From Minisyncoccota bacterium (lineage in GTDB: Bacteria > Patescibacteriota > Minisyncoccia > Phycocordibacterales > UBA2100): a stretch of 64,000 nt of DNA. The stretch is taken from NCBI GenBank assembly GCA_965267345.1, contig OZ253947.1, positions 138,814 to 202,813 on the forward strand, given 5' to 3'. Within the stretch, counting starts at the first letter, position 1. Each line of letters starts with the position of its first letter. Position numbers and translations under genes: made by a program. The notes beneath the pieces were generated by a model. That model did not search any database. It was not told the DNA's origin and was given only the letters and a program-made list of their open reading frames with translations. Below are positions 19,233 through 27,703 of this stretch, piece by piece.

Positions 19233-21278
19233 ATGGCAGCAAAAAAAGCAGTAAAAAAATCCTCATACGGCGCATCCGATATTACCGTCTTGGAAGGTCT
19301 TGAAGCCGTGCGTCGCCGTCCGGGCATGTACATCGGTACCACGGGCATTGACGGTCTCCACCACCTTATCTGGGAAGTGTTCGACAACTCACGTGACGAG
19401 GCGATGGGTGGACATGCAAATGATATTGAAGTGGCGCTCCTGCCGAACAATCGTGTACGCGTCGTTGATAACGGTCGCGGTATTCCCGTTGATAAACATA
19501 GCAAAACAAAAGTCTCTGCCTTGGAGACGATTATGACCACCCTGCACGCCGGCGGTAAATTTGGCGGCGAAGGCTACAAGTACTCGGGCGGATTGCACGG
19601 TGTTGGTATTTCAGTGGTGAACGCGCTCTCAAGCTGGGCGCGCGCTGAGGTGCACCGCGATGGCGGGAAGCACGTACAAGAGTACAAAAGCGGCGGCAAA
19701 CGAGTTGCAGCCGTCAAAAAGGAAGGGGCATCAGATCGTACGGGCACCATTATTACCTTTGAGGCAGACACCGAGATTTTCCCTGACGTGACATTTAACT
19801 GGAAGACGATTGTTGAGCACTTGCGTCAGCAGGCGTACTTGGTGCGCGGTATGCGCATTACCATTATTGACGCTCGTGACTACGCAGGCACCGTGAACGA
19901 CACGAGTGTCTTCTACCTGCGCGAACTCGGCCTCGACGTGCCGTCGATGACGTTCTATTTTGAGGGTGGTCTCTCGAGTCTGGTCGCATTTCAAAATCGC
20001 CACCAGAAAGAGCTGCATAAGAGCATTTTCTATGTTGAACGCGAACAGGACGATGTGCAGGTTGAGATTGCACTGCAGTACGTCGATGATATCTCAGCCC
20101 GCTTAAGTGCATTTGCAAACAATATCTACAACCTTGAAGGCGGCACACATATTACGGGGTTCAAGACTGCACTGACACGTACCCTGAATAACTACGTTAA
20201 GAAAGCGAACCTCAAAGGCGTTGAGGCGGGATTTACGGGTGACGACGTACTTGAAGGGCTCACGGCAGTGGTATCCGTAAAAATGCAGGAAATTCAGTTT
20301 GAAGGGCAAACGAAAGCAAAACTCGGTAGTGTTGAGGCGCGTGGCGCTGTTGACGCTGTGTTTGCTGCATCGTTTACCGATTTCCTCGAAGAAAATCCAA
20401 ATGATGCCAAGGCAATCATCGGCAAAGCGGTATTGGCAATGAAAGCGCGTAAAGCCGCAAAAGCCGCAAAAGATTCGGTGTTGCGCAAAGGGGCACTTGA
20501 AGGGCTCACGCTGCCGGGTAAACTGGCCGACTGTCAGGTCCGCAGTGCGGAAGAAGGAGAGCTGTTTATTGTCGAGGGTGATTCGGCAGGTGGTTCATCA
20601 AAGCAGGGACGCGATCGTCGCACGCAGGCTATTTTGCCGCTCCGCGGTAAGATTTTGAACGTTGAGCGTGCGCGCCTCGACAAAATGCTCGCGAACAACG
20701 AGATTAAAGCACTGGTGGTCGCACTCGGTACTGCCATTGGTGATACATTCGATGTTTCGAAACTCCGCTACCACAAGATCATTATTGCCACTGACGCCGA
20801 TGTTGACGGTGCACACATCCGTACATTGTTGTTGACGCTGTTTTATCGCTACTTCAAGCCAATCGTGGAGGGCGGATACCTCTACATTGCACAGCCGCCG
20901 CTGTATAAAATCAAGAAAGGGCGCGATGTGCAGTACGCATACACTGAGGAGGAAAAGGTGGTACTGGCCGGTGAGATTCCCGAAGACGCTGAAGAAGCGA
21001 CGGATGATGACGAGGGCGATGAGGCTGCCGAAGAAACCACCAAAGTTGATGCGAAGGGGAATAAGATCAGCGTACAGCGATACAAAGGTCTTGGTGAGAT
21101 GAACCCTGATGAACTCTGGGAGACCACTATGGATCCCGAGCGCCGCCTGCTCAAGCAGGTAACCATTGAAGACGCCCGCGAAGCAGACAAGGTCTTTGAT
21201 ACGCTGATGGGGACGGATGTTGCTTCGCGCAAGTCATTCATTCAGTCGCACGCCAAAGAAGCAACGCTGGACATTTAA
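19233..21278 (+). CDS. gyrB: DNA gyrase subunit B
   Basis: GLEAVRRRPGMYIG, EGDSAGG, PLRGKILN, DADVDGAHI, QRYKGLGEM. Confidence 0.95.
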   Translation: MAAKKAVKKSSYGASDITVLEGLEAVRRRPGMYIGTTGIDGLHHLIWEVFDNSRDEAMGGHANDIEVALLPNNRVRVVDNGRGIPVDKHSKTKVSALETIMTTLHAGGKFGGEGYKYSGGLHGVGISVVNALSSWARAEVHRDGGKHVQEYKSGGKRVAAVKKEGASDRTGTIITFEADTEIFPDVTFNWKTIVEHLRQQAYLVRGMRITIIDARDYAGTVNDTSVFYLRELGLDVPSMTFYFEGGLSSLVAFQNRHQKELHKSIFYVEREQDDVQVEIALQYVDDISARLSAFANNIYNLEGGTHITGFKTALTRTLNNYVKKANLKGVEAGFTGDDVLEGLTAVVSVKMQEIQFEGQTKAKLGSVEARGAVDAVFAASFTDFLEENPNDAKAIIGKAVLAMKARKAAKAAKDSVLRKGALEGLTLPGKLADCQVRSAEEGELFIVEGDSAGGSSKQGRDRRTQAILPLRGKILNVERARLDKMLANNEIKALVVALGTAIGDTFDVSKLRYHKIIIATDADVDGAHIRTLLLTLFYRYFKPIVEGGYLYIAQPPLYKIKKGRDVQYAYTEEEKVVLAGEIPEDAEEATDDDEGDEAAEETTKVDAKGNKISVQRYKGLGEMNPDELWETTMDPERRLLKQVTIEDAREADKVFDTLMGTDVASRKSFIQSHAKEATLDI

Positions 21279-21281
21279 CGT

Positions 21282-21331
21282 ACACCCATACGAAAAAACG
21301 CCGCAATTGCGGCGTTTTTTCGTATGGGTGT
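21282..21331. terminator. 50 bp perfect palindrome, probable bidirectional terminator
   Basis: ACACCCATACGAAAAAACGCCGCAA|TTGCGGCGTTTTTTCGTATGGGTGT between convergent genes. Confidence 0.7.
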
Positions 21332-21337
21332 CGGTAA

Positions 21338-22393
21338 TTAGTAGGCGTGCCCGCCAACGGTAAACGCGCCGGTTACCGTGTTGTTGTATTCACTTTGCTC
21401 GCGAATGAAGTTGCGTGGATCGGCGACAACCGAGAAGTACTGTGTACCAGCACGAATTTGATCAAAGGCGATACGGATTTCAACACGAGCACCGGGGAGT
21501 AGCGACGTCTGTGCTTCTGAGAAGAGTGGGTAGCCCCCTTGAATCGGGAGTTGCGCGTTGAAGTACCATGGGCCGGTTGCCTTCGTCCCGCGGTTGGTTA
21601 CTGCAAAGACAAACGCACCGCGCTGATTTGGCTGGACGGTTGTTGCGGGACGGTAGATACCGTAGCCGTCGACAAACCCAACAGAAACGAGTGATACTGC
21701 CAAGTCGGGCGTGCCGTTTGGATCAGAGTAACCCGTGTACTGCGCAGTGTACGATTGCTGTGTGCTATTCGTGGTGTTTTGTGTCGCGTTCTGGCGTGAT
21801 GGAGTGATCGTGAGACCGTCAGGTGTGCTGGTGGTACCTGTGGTGGCATCGTCAGTGCTGCTGTCCGTAGTGGTGGTCGGTGCGGTGTTATCGGTGGCAA
21901 CGCTACCGGCTGCTGCTGCCTGTACGGTAATGGTGTGGGTGTCACGAATGCTCTCACCTGCGTCGTCGGTGAGTGTAATGGCAAACGGCACCGTAAGCGT
22001 TTCGCTGCCGGCGTCAACGAGCACTGGGGTGACCTGCAACTCAGTCGCATCTTCGGCAAGTGTATGCGCGAGATTACACGGCACCGGCTCGCCGGCAATT
22101 TCAAAGTAGAAGCCGTCCTGACATGCGTATGAAAATGACAACACACCTTCTGAGGTAGTGCGCTCCCACGTCACCGCAAGCGGTTCACCTGAGGTGGCAG
22201 TATCCGCTGCAGTAGCCACAACAATCGTTTCTGCCGCTGCGTTACCGCCTTGCGGCGTATCGGCATCACTAAAGAGTCGTGGAATGTATGAAATGACCTG
22301 AATGGCGCTCCAGACACCGATAATGAGGAGGATAATAAAACCGCCGATGGCGATAATGTTTTTAAACGATACGTCAGTTTTTCCGTTTGTCAT
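21338..22393 (-). CDS. Membrane-anchored surface protein with Ser/Thr-rich linker and C-terminal CARDB-like Ig domain
   Basis: N-terminal TM; Thr-rich linker; PDLAV...VTNRGT...VVADPRNFIREQSEYNN. Confidence 0.8.
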   Translation of the reverse strand: MTNGKTDVSFKNIIAIGGFIILLIIGVWSAIQVISYIPRLFSDADTPQGGNAAAETIVVATAADTATSGEPLAVTWERTTSEGVLSFSYACQDGFYFEIAGEPVPCNLAHTLAEDATELQVTPVLVDAGSETLTVPFAITLTDDAGESIRDTHTITVQAAAAGSVATDNTAPTTTTDSSTDDATTGTTSTPDGLTITPSRQNATQNTTNSTQQSYTAQYTGYSDPNGTPDLAVSLVSVGFVDGYGIYRPATTVQPNQRGAFVFAVTNRGTKATGPWYFNAQLPIQGGYPLFSEAQTSLLPGARVEIRIAFDQIRAGTQYFSVVADPRNFIREQSEYNNTVTGAFTVGGHAY

Positions 22394-22500
22394 ATGGGGT
22401 AACAAAGTAAGTAAAGTCGATCAATGTGCCACTAGTATGGCACAGTACCGTGGGCGACACACCACCGGTACGCTCCGTAAACGGTACCATAGCATACAGC

Positions 22501-22529
22501 TTGACACATTGCAATATAGTACGTATAGT
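22501..22529 (+). promoter_or_regulatory. Sigma70-type promoter of the sortase gene
   Basis: TTGACA-17 bp-TATAGT, 9 nt before ATG 22539. Confidence 0.7.
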
Positions 22530-22538
22530 ATTAATTCT

Positions 22539-23237
22539 ATGACGCAACAGAAGCGTATTTCAATTGCGCACATTGCTGAATCAGTATTCCAGACCGAAGT
22601 GCTTGTCGGGCTCTTTCTTGCGTGGTTCATCCTCGTGGGGACTGGGGCAAGTATTGCCATTGTCATGACCAAGTACACCGAGCATGTGTACGCTGAGCAA
22701 CTTGCACAGCTGCCTGAAGACGAGCAACTCCCTGAGGCAACAAATGTTGCTGAAAGTGCGCAGCGGGACACCGGCGCAGCTGAGAGTGCTGTACCCATGG
22801 CATTTCCAGAACGCCTCGTTATCGACACACTCGACATCAGCTTGCCGGTGAGCAACCCGACAACACGCGACATTGCGGCGCTCGACGAAGAGCTCAAAAA
22901 GGCTGCCGTGCGTTATCCTGACTCGGGTATTCTTGGCGAAGACAATGCAAATACCCTTATTTTCGGCCATAGTAGCCGTCTACCATTGGTGCGCAACCAG
23001 CTCTACAAAGCTTTTAACGATATTGAAACCCTAAATGTGGGTGTACGTATTGAGGTTGTTGCAACAAATGGCTCTGTATACGTCTACCACGTATCTCGTG
23101 TGTACCGCGCCAGCGCTGAAGATGACAGCATTGCCATCACTACAGACGGCCACATGCTCACATTGCTCACGTGTGACTCATTTGGACAGCGCACAGATCG
23201 TTGGGTTGTCGAAGCTCGGTTTGTCGGCATTGAATAG
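22539..23237 (+). CDS. Sortase
   Basis: N-terminal TM; PERLVIDTLDISLPV, catalytic His (FGHSS), TLLTC and downstream Arg (DRWVV). Confidence 0.88.
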   Translation: MTQQKRISIAHIAESVFQTEVLVGLFLAWFILVGTGASIAIVMTKYTEHVYAEQLAQLPEDEQLPEATNVAESAQRDTGAAESAVPMAFPERLVIDTLDISLPVSNPTTRDIAALDEELKKAAVRYPDSGILGEDNANTLIFGHSSRLPLVRNQLYKAFNDIETLNVGVRIEVVATNGSVYVYHVSRVYRASAEDDSIAITTDGHMLTLLTCDSFGQRTDRWVVEARFVGIE

Positions 23238-23302
23238 GGAATTGACCGCGGAACCACGCCGTGCTTTGCTACAGCTGGACAGTTCTGCTGGAGGAGCAAA
23301 TT

Positions 23303-23476
23303 ATGCGGACACTTGTCGTCGTGTGTGCGGCTCTGGCCCTCGCCGGTTGCACACTATCTGGATTCGGTGGAAGTTCACTGCGAACGGAGGCAGTGCAAAA
23401 GGTATTTCCGTCGGCGCATGAGTGCATGCACCGTGGGGAACCACATCTGTGCGTCAGTGACAATCAGCGAATTTAG
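23303..23476 (+). CDS. Small predicted lipoprotein
   Basis: SD GGAGGAG; signal peptide with lipobox LAGC; extra Cys pair; hairpin at 23503-23524. Confidence 0.65.
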   Translation: MRTLVVVCAALALAGCTLSGFGGSSLRTEAVQKVFPSAHECMHRGEPHLCVSDNQRI

Positions 23477-23595
23477 CGAAAAACGGCTCAACACAGCAAA
23501 AACAGGGCGCTTCGGCGCCCTGTTATGCTATTGACATATTGTATAAAAATGGTATTCTTCCGTCCAGATCAACGTGAACGAAAGGAGGAAATCCA

Positions 23596-23850
23596 ATGTT
23601 CACAGTGGTTCGTACGGCCTGCGTACTTGGTGCGCTTGTGGTCGCGGGTTGCGCGGCGCAGGGACGCCATGTGAGTGGGTCGCCAGTGCCGCCGTCGCCG
23701 AGCGACCTCTTACGGCATTGCGGGGACGTGGAGGTTGTCGTTGACAACCGAGTACCACGACGTCCGCGTGGTCCGTGGTTGCGTCTCGTGCAGGGAACAC
23801 GAGTGTATCCTGACTTCTGCCGCGTGGAAAAGAGCTACGTGTGGCGATGA
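23596..23850 (+). CDS. Small predicted lipoprotein
   Basis: TTGACA/TATTCT promoter (23531-23558), SD AAAGGAGG, lipobox VAGC, extra Cys pair; hairpin near 23874-23902. Confidence 0.7.
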   Translation: MFTVVRTACVLGALVVAGCAAQGRHVSGSPVPPSPSDLLRHCGDVEVVVDNRVPRRPRGPWLRLVQGTRVYPDFCRVEKSYVWR

Positions 23851-24144
23851 GGAAAGCACACAAGCAAGACAAAAAGCGGGGCGCCCACACGGTGCCCCGC
23901 TTAGTTTTTGGTACAGGATAGTACTTGACACAATAAGTTATATATGCCACTATATCGCCACGACGCGTTCTCTCTTTGATGCCAAACATACGCTGTTTTT
24001 ACGGCGTATGTTTGGCTTCGTAGAGGCCGCAGAAGCTCATTGTGTTCATTGAAACGCTCCTCATTGTGGGGAGCTGGTGGTCGGCGCCATGGCACACATC
24101 ACCAGCTCCCCGTGATGGAGGGAGTACAAAAGGGAGATTCAAAG

Positions 24145-24522
24145 ATGTCTGAAAAGACCAAAGGTGTTTTCTGGGGTTTCATCGTATGTGCAGCACTCGT
24201 TTTCGTGCTGGGGGGCTTCTGGTTTTCCTTCACGAACGACAAGGGTGTGCGCGATGGGGTGCGCCAGGAGGTATCGCTTGAAGGCGATCGGCATTCGGCA
24301 CCCACTTCCTCAGATCAGAACTCTGTTCGTTCGGAATCGGACGATCCGGTATCCAACGCGGATGTTCTTGCGGCATGGGAGAGGGCGATCAACGATACGC
24401 CTCCTCCCGCAGGAGCTGATGGCTGGAAACGGATCAAGCCGAGGGCAACGGGCGAGAAGGGCTGCACGCCTGGGGAAACGCGGGTCAACCCGAATACCGG
24501 CAGACTTCAGGGCTGCTTGTAG
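24145..24522 (+). CDS. Hypothetical single-TM protein
   Basis: SD AGGGAG, N-terminal TM, C-terminal Cys pair; hairpin 24528-24560. Confidence 0.65.
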   Translation: MSEKTKGVFWGFIVCAALVFVLGGFWFSFTNDKGVRDGVRQEVSLEGDRHSAPTSSDQNSVRSESDDPVSNADVLAAWERAINDTPPPAGADGWKRIKPRATGEKGCTPGETRVNPNTGRLQGCL

Positions 24523-24678
24523 ACATCGTAGCGGAATGTGTTTGATACACATTCCGCTACCCCCCTTTTTTTAAAATTTGAGCTTAAAGAGATTGTGGAG
24601 AGCTCCAGCAGCGTAATCTTTGTTATTTTGTTGCAGGTCTTCACAAGAGACCTCATGTCAACAACGAAAGGAGGTGAC

Positions 24679-25191
24679 ATGAAGACGTTCTTTGTAGTAG
24701 CAGTCTTGGCGGTTGCATGTACGTTGTTTTTCTACGATGACGCACATGCAGGATATCGCTGCGACGGCGGCACCCGCTGCCTCGAACATCTGAAGGATGA
24801 TGGTCCCCGCGCCTACAGCGGGCCGCTTACGTGCATTGATTTCCGGCAACGGGGCACGGAGCGTGAGGTCTACCTTCGGTTTTTCGATCGCGACGGGCGT
24901 GTGTTGTTCGCCAGCGGTGACCCGCAAGGTGCAACCACGAATCTGGTGAGGGGAACGAGCTTGGAAGGAGTTGGTTTCGAAACCTACTCTGAGGGGCGCA
25001 TCGTGTGGGATCCGAAGAAACGGAAATACCCGCGCATTTGTACCGGACCGTGGCGTTGGAAAATGGCCTATTCCTTTGAACTCTGCAACGATGTGCAGAC
25101 GTACAAAGGTCGCCGCCTTCCTGGCAGGAGCCTATATCAACGTCTGGTGTCCGGTGACTTCCCGCAGCCAGTACTTCTGTGGAAGCACTGA
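24679..25191 (+). CDS. Hypothetical secreted Cys-containing protein
   Basis: SD AAAGGAGGTG, signal peptide ending AHA; hairpin near 25207-25257. Confidence 0.7.
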   Translation: MKTFFVVAVLAVACTLFFYDDAHAGYRCDGGTRCLEHLKDDGPRAYSGPLTCIDFRQRGTEREVYLRFFDRDGRVLFASGDPQGATTNLVRGTSLEGVGFETYSEGRIVWDPKKRKYPRICTGPWRWKMAYSFELCNDVQTYKGRRLPGRSLYQRLVSGDFPQPVLLWKH

Positions 25192-25349
25192 AGAATCGTC
25201 AAGGCCCAAGTTCCCGACAGAGCATTCTTCAAAACGAATAGCTCTGTCGGGCACTTGACTACTTTTAATATATATTGTATATTCTCATTGAGTCATTTAC
25301 TCTTGCTGCGGCAGTGGTAGGTGAACAAAAGCAACATAATGTAATTATC

Positions 25350-26600
25350 ATGGAAAACGTGATTTCAAAAATAACTTTCATATCATTGGCCGTACTATTC
25401 GGTGTGGTGTTTGGGCTTGGAAGTCAATTGGTTTCTCCGCATCTCGCGCAGGCGTATAATACCGGCGAATGGTACGACATCGCGGAACCTGCATACGGCT
25501 ACGATGATGGCTGGGGGTATACTAACGAAGGATGCTGCGATACTAACGAATGGTACGACATCGCGGAACCAACTTTCGACACAAGCGAATGGTACGACAT
25601 CGCGGAGCCCGCATACGAATATAATACCGGCGAATGGTACGACATCGCGGAACCAACTTTCGACACAAGCGAATGGTACGATATCGCAGAGCCAATACAC
25701 GATGTGTATTCATACGACTATGGCTACGATGTATACGACTACGACGTATATGACACCTACTCATACGACTACTACACCGCACCGTCACGTCACTACGTGT
25801 CACCGACGGTACATTACGGTGTGACATCAAGTTACGCAGCAGCGCCACGATACGAGGCGCGCAGCAACACACAGATCAGTAACACCAACACAACGGTAGA
25901 CAACAGCGTGGTGCAGATCGATAACAGTGTTGTCGACAACAGTGTCGTTGATAACAGCATCAACAACTCATTTAACTCAGGTGGCTACATCGGTGTTGCA
26001 AATCCGCAGCCGATCGTTGTACAGCCGTACTACTACCCAACGTACTACCCTGAGACACTGACGTGTTCACTGACACTGACGCAGAACAGCTACGGAAACG
26101 CCGTGCTGCACTGGACGACACAGGGCGCAACCCGCGCAACCATCAACAATGGTGTTGGTAGTGTGTCTGTCGGTTCAGGTTCACGTGCTGTCGGGCCGGC
26201 ATACACGCCATACACCATGACAGTGTGGGGTACACGCGGTAACACCACGACGTGTGCCGCATCAGCAAACTACACGCCGCACCGACCAAACGTCACGGTT
26301 GATATTGCACACGTGCCATACACTGGTGTTGATCCACTTCCATACACACTCGGGCTTATTGCCACCGCTCTTGCCGCCGGTGCTGCACTCTTTGTCTTCC
26401 GCCGTCGTCTTACCCCTGTCTTTGGTGCATTTGCTCCCGCATTTGCCGGATTTACGCAGCATCAGGACGAAGTGGCTGCTGACACGTATCAGTTTGACGG
26501 TGACGAGGACGACGCAGATAGCGACGATCGCGAGGCAGTTGATACGCTTGTTGTTGAAAAGGGTGAGGGAGGACCACAATTCTCGTTCATTCGTCGCTAA
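25350..26600 (+). CDS. Predicted sortase-anchored repeat surface protein (EWYDIAEP x5, Tyr/Asp-rich, VDNS repeats, Ig-like domain, VPYTG signal)
   Basis: Signal peptide ending AQA; VPYTG at 26313-26327 followed by a hydrophobic helix and RRR. Confidence 0.8.
   Translation: MENVISKITFISLAVLFGVVFGLGSQLVSPHLAQAYNTGEWYDIAEPAYGYDDGWGYTNEGCCDTNEWYDIAEPTFDTSEWYDIAEPAYEYNTGEWYDIAEPTFDTSEWYDIAEPIHDVYSYDYGYDVYDYDVYDTYSYDYYTAPSRHYVSPTVHYGVTSSYAAAPRYEARSNTQISNTNTTVDNSVVQIDNSVVDNSVVDNSINNSFNSGGYIGVANPQPIVVQPYYYPTYYPETLTCSLTLTQNSYGNAVLHWTTQGATRATINNGVGSVSVGSGSRAVGPAYTPYTMTVWGTRGNTTTCAASANYTPHRPNVTVDIAHVPYTGVDPLPYTLGLIATALAAGAALFVFRRRLTPVFGAFAPAFAGFTQHQDEVAADTYQFDGDEDDADSDDREAVDTLVVEKGEGGPQFSFIRR
25467..25694 (+). 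repeat. Intragenic coding repeat GAATGGTACGAYATCGCRGARCC x5
   Basis: Copies at 25467, 25548, 25587, 25632, 25671; spacings 81/39/45/39 are all in frame. Confidence 0.92.
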
Positions 26601-26688
26601 CGCAGCGACCGCTGTACAATTGCGTGCCGCTATTGCCTAATTTCTGCACGCGTTGACAACCCGTCTGCGAAGCGCATTATTGAGAGAT

Positions 26689-27150
26689 ATGACGTACACA
26701 AACACATTGCGTTGGAGTATCGCCGCACTGTTCATCGGTGGCGCTGCTCTGTTCGCGTTTCCGTACAGCGCCCACGCACTCTCATACATTGATTGGAATT
26801 ACCCGTATACACGGTCATCGAACCAGTACGTCGTGACGTCGGCAACGTACGGCAATCAGTACAACAACTGGAACGCCAATCCGAATTGGAACTGGACGCA
26901 CCGGAACTGGAACCGCAACACAGCAAACGGCTACACCGTGACATTTCCGCAATCAACGCACCATAACTACACACCGGCAACGTATACGTACTACGATTAC
27001 TACCAGCCGCAATGGTACTACACGACGCCCGTAACGTACCGCTATGATGATTGGTACTATCCAACAAATACGTGCTGGAACTGCACATCATGGCCGTACA
27101 ACAATGGGTGGGGTATTAACGTCGGTGGCTACTACTCAAATTCGTGGTAG
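26689..27150 (+). CDS. Secreted Tyr/Trp/Asn/Thr-rich low-complexity protein
   Basis: TTGACA/CATTAT promoter at 26653, signal peptide ending AHA, mature part has no Glu or Lys. Confidence 0.75.
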   Translation: MTYTNTLRWSIAALFIGGAALFAFPYSAHALSYIDWNYPYTRSSNQYVVTSATYGNQYNNWNANPNWNWTHRNWNRNTANGYTVTFPQSTHHNYTPATYTYYDYYQPQWYYTTPVTYRYDDWYYPTNTCWNCTSWPYNNGWGINVGGYYSNSW

Positions 27151-27218
27151 GTGCGCCTTACGCGGACCCCTTCCGTAGGACTTGACACTATAGCATAAAT
27201 ATGCTACAGTATACCCCT

Positions 27219-27659
27219 ATGAACGTACAGAGTACGGGTATAGCGCGATTTACCGCAACGGCATTTGTTGTCGTCATTGCAGTGGTAGGTTTCGCGATAC
27301 CAAAAAGTGCAGACGCCGCTTATCAATATGGCATCGGGGCGTCGATTTGTGGGAATGATCCTTTCATGTATTGTGGCAACCTTGGATACAAGGAGCGCAG
27401 CAATGGTCAGTGGCAAGTAACCGCCGGCGGAACAGTTGGGTTCGGAAACACATACAGCACGTACCGCCCAGCATCACGTCCGACGTACTACACGACCAGT
27501 CATCGCAGTGCACCGAGTGTGTACACGGTCGGGAGCGCATACTCACGCCAGAAGCGTCCCGTATACGTTGGTTCGCGTACGCAGTCAACGTACGTTGTCA
27601 CATCAAACAATGCTCGTGCACCGCGCACGTCATACCCAAACTGGTTGGTCATGTACTAA
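27219..27659 (+). CDS. Secreted Tyr/Ser/Thr/Arg-rich low-complexity protein
   Basis: TTGACA-17-TACAGT promoter (27182-27210), signal peptide ending ADA; hairpin near 27670-27702. Confidence 0.72.
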   Translation: MNVQSTGIARFTATAFVVVIAVVGFAIPKSADAAYQYGIGASICGNDPFMYCGNLGYKERSNGQWQVTAGGTVGFGNTYSTYRPASRPTYYTTSHRSAPSVYTVGSAYSRQKRPVYVGSRTQSTYVVTSNNARAPRTSYPNWLVMY

Positions 27660-27703
27660 CCCGCATACTACAAAACGCTCGGCTACACGCCGAGCGTTTT
27701 GTG

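Noticed and set aside
23240-25260. Integron cassette array
   Set aside because: The hairpins are unrelated in sequence, lack clear RYYYAAC/GTTRRRY ends, and no integrase is present
25467-25694. Possible CRISPR array (23 bp repeat x5)
   Set aside because: Spacings are irregular and all multiples of 3, spacers are duplicated, variation is at synonymous positions, the repeats lie inside an ORF, and no cas genes are present
21338-27659. Diversity-generating retroelement or RiPP cluster
   Set aside because: No reverse transcriptase, template/variable repeat pair or modifying enzymes were seen
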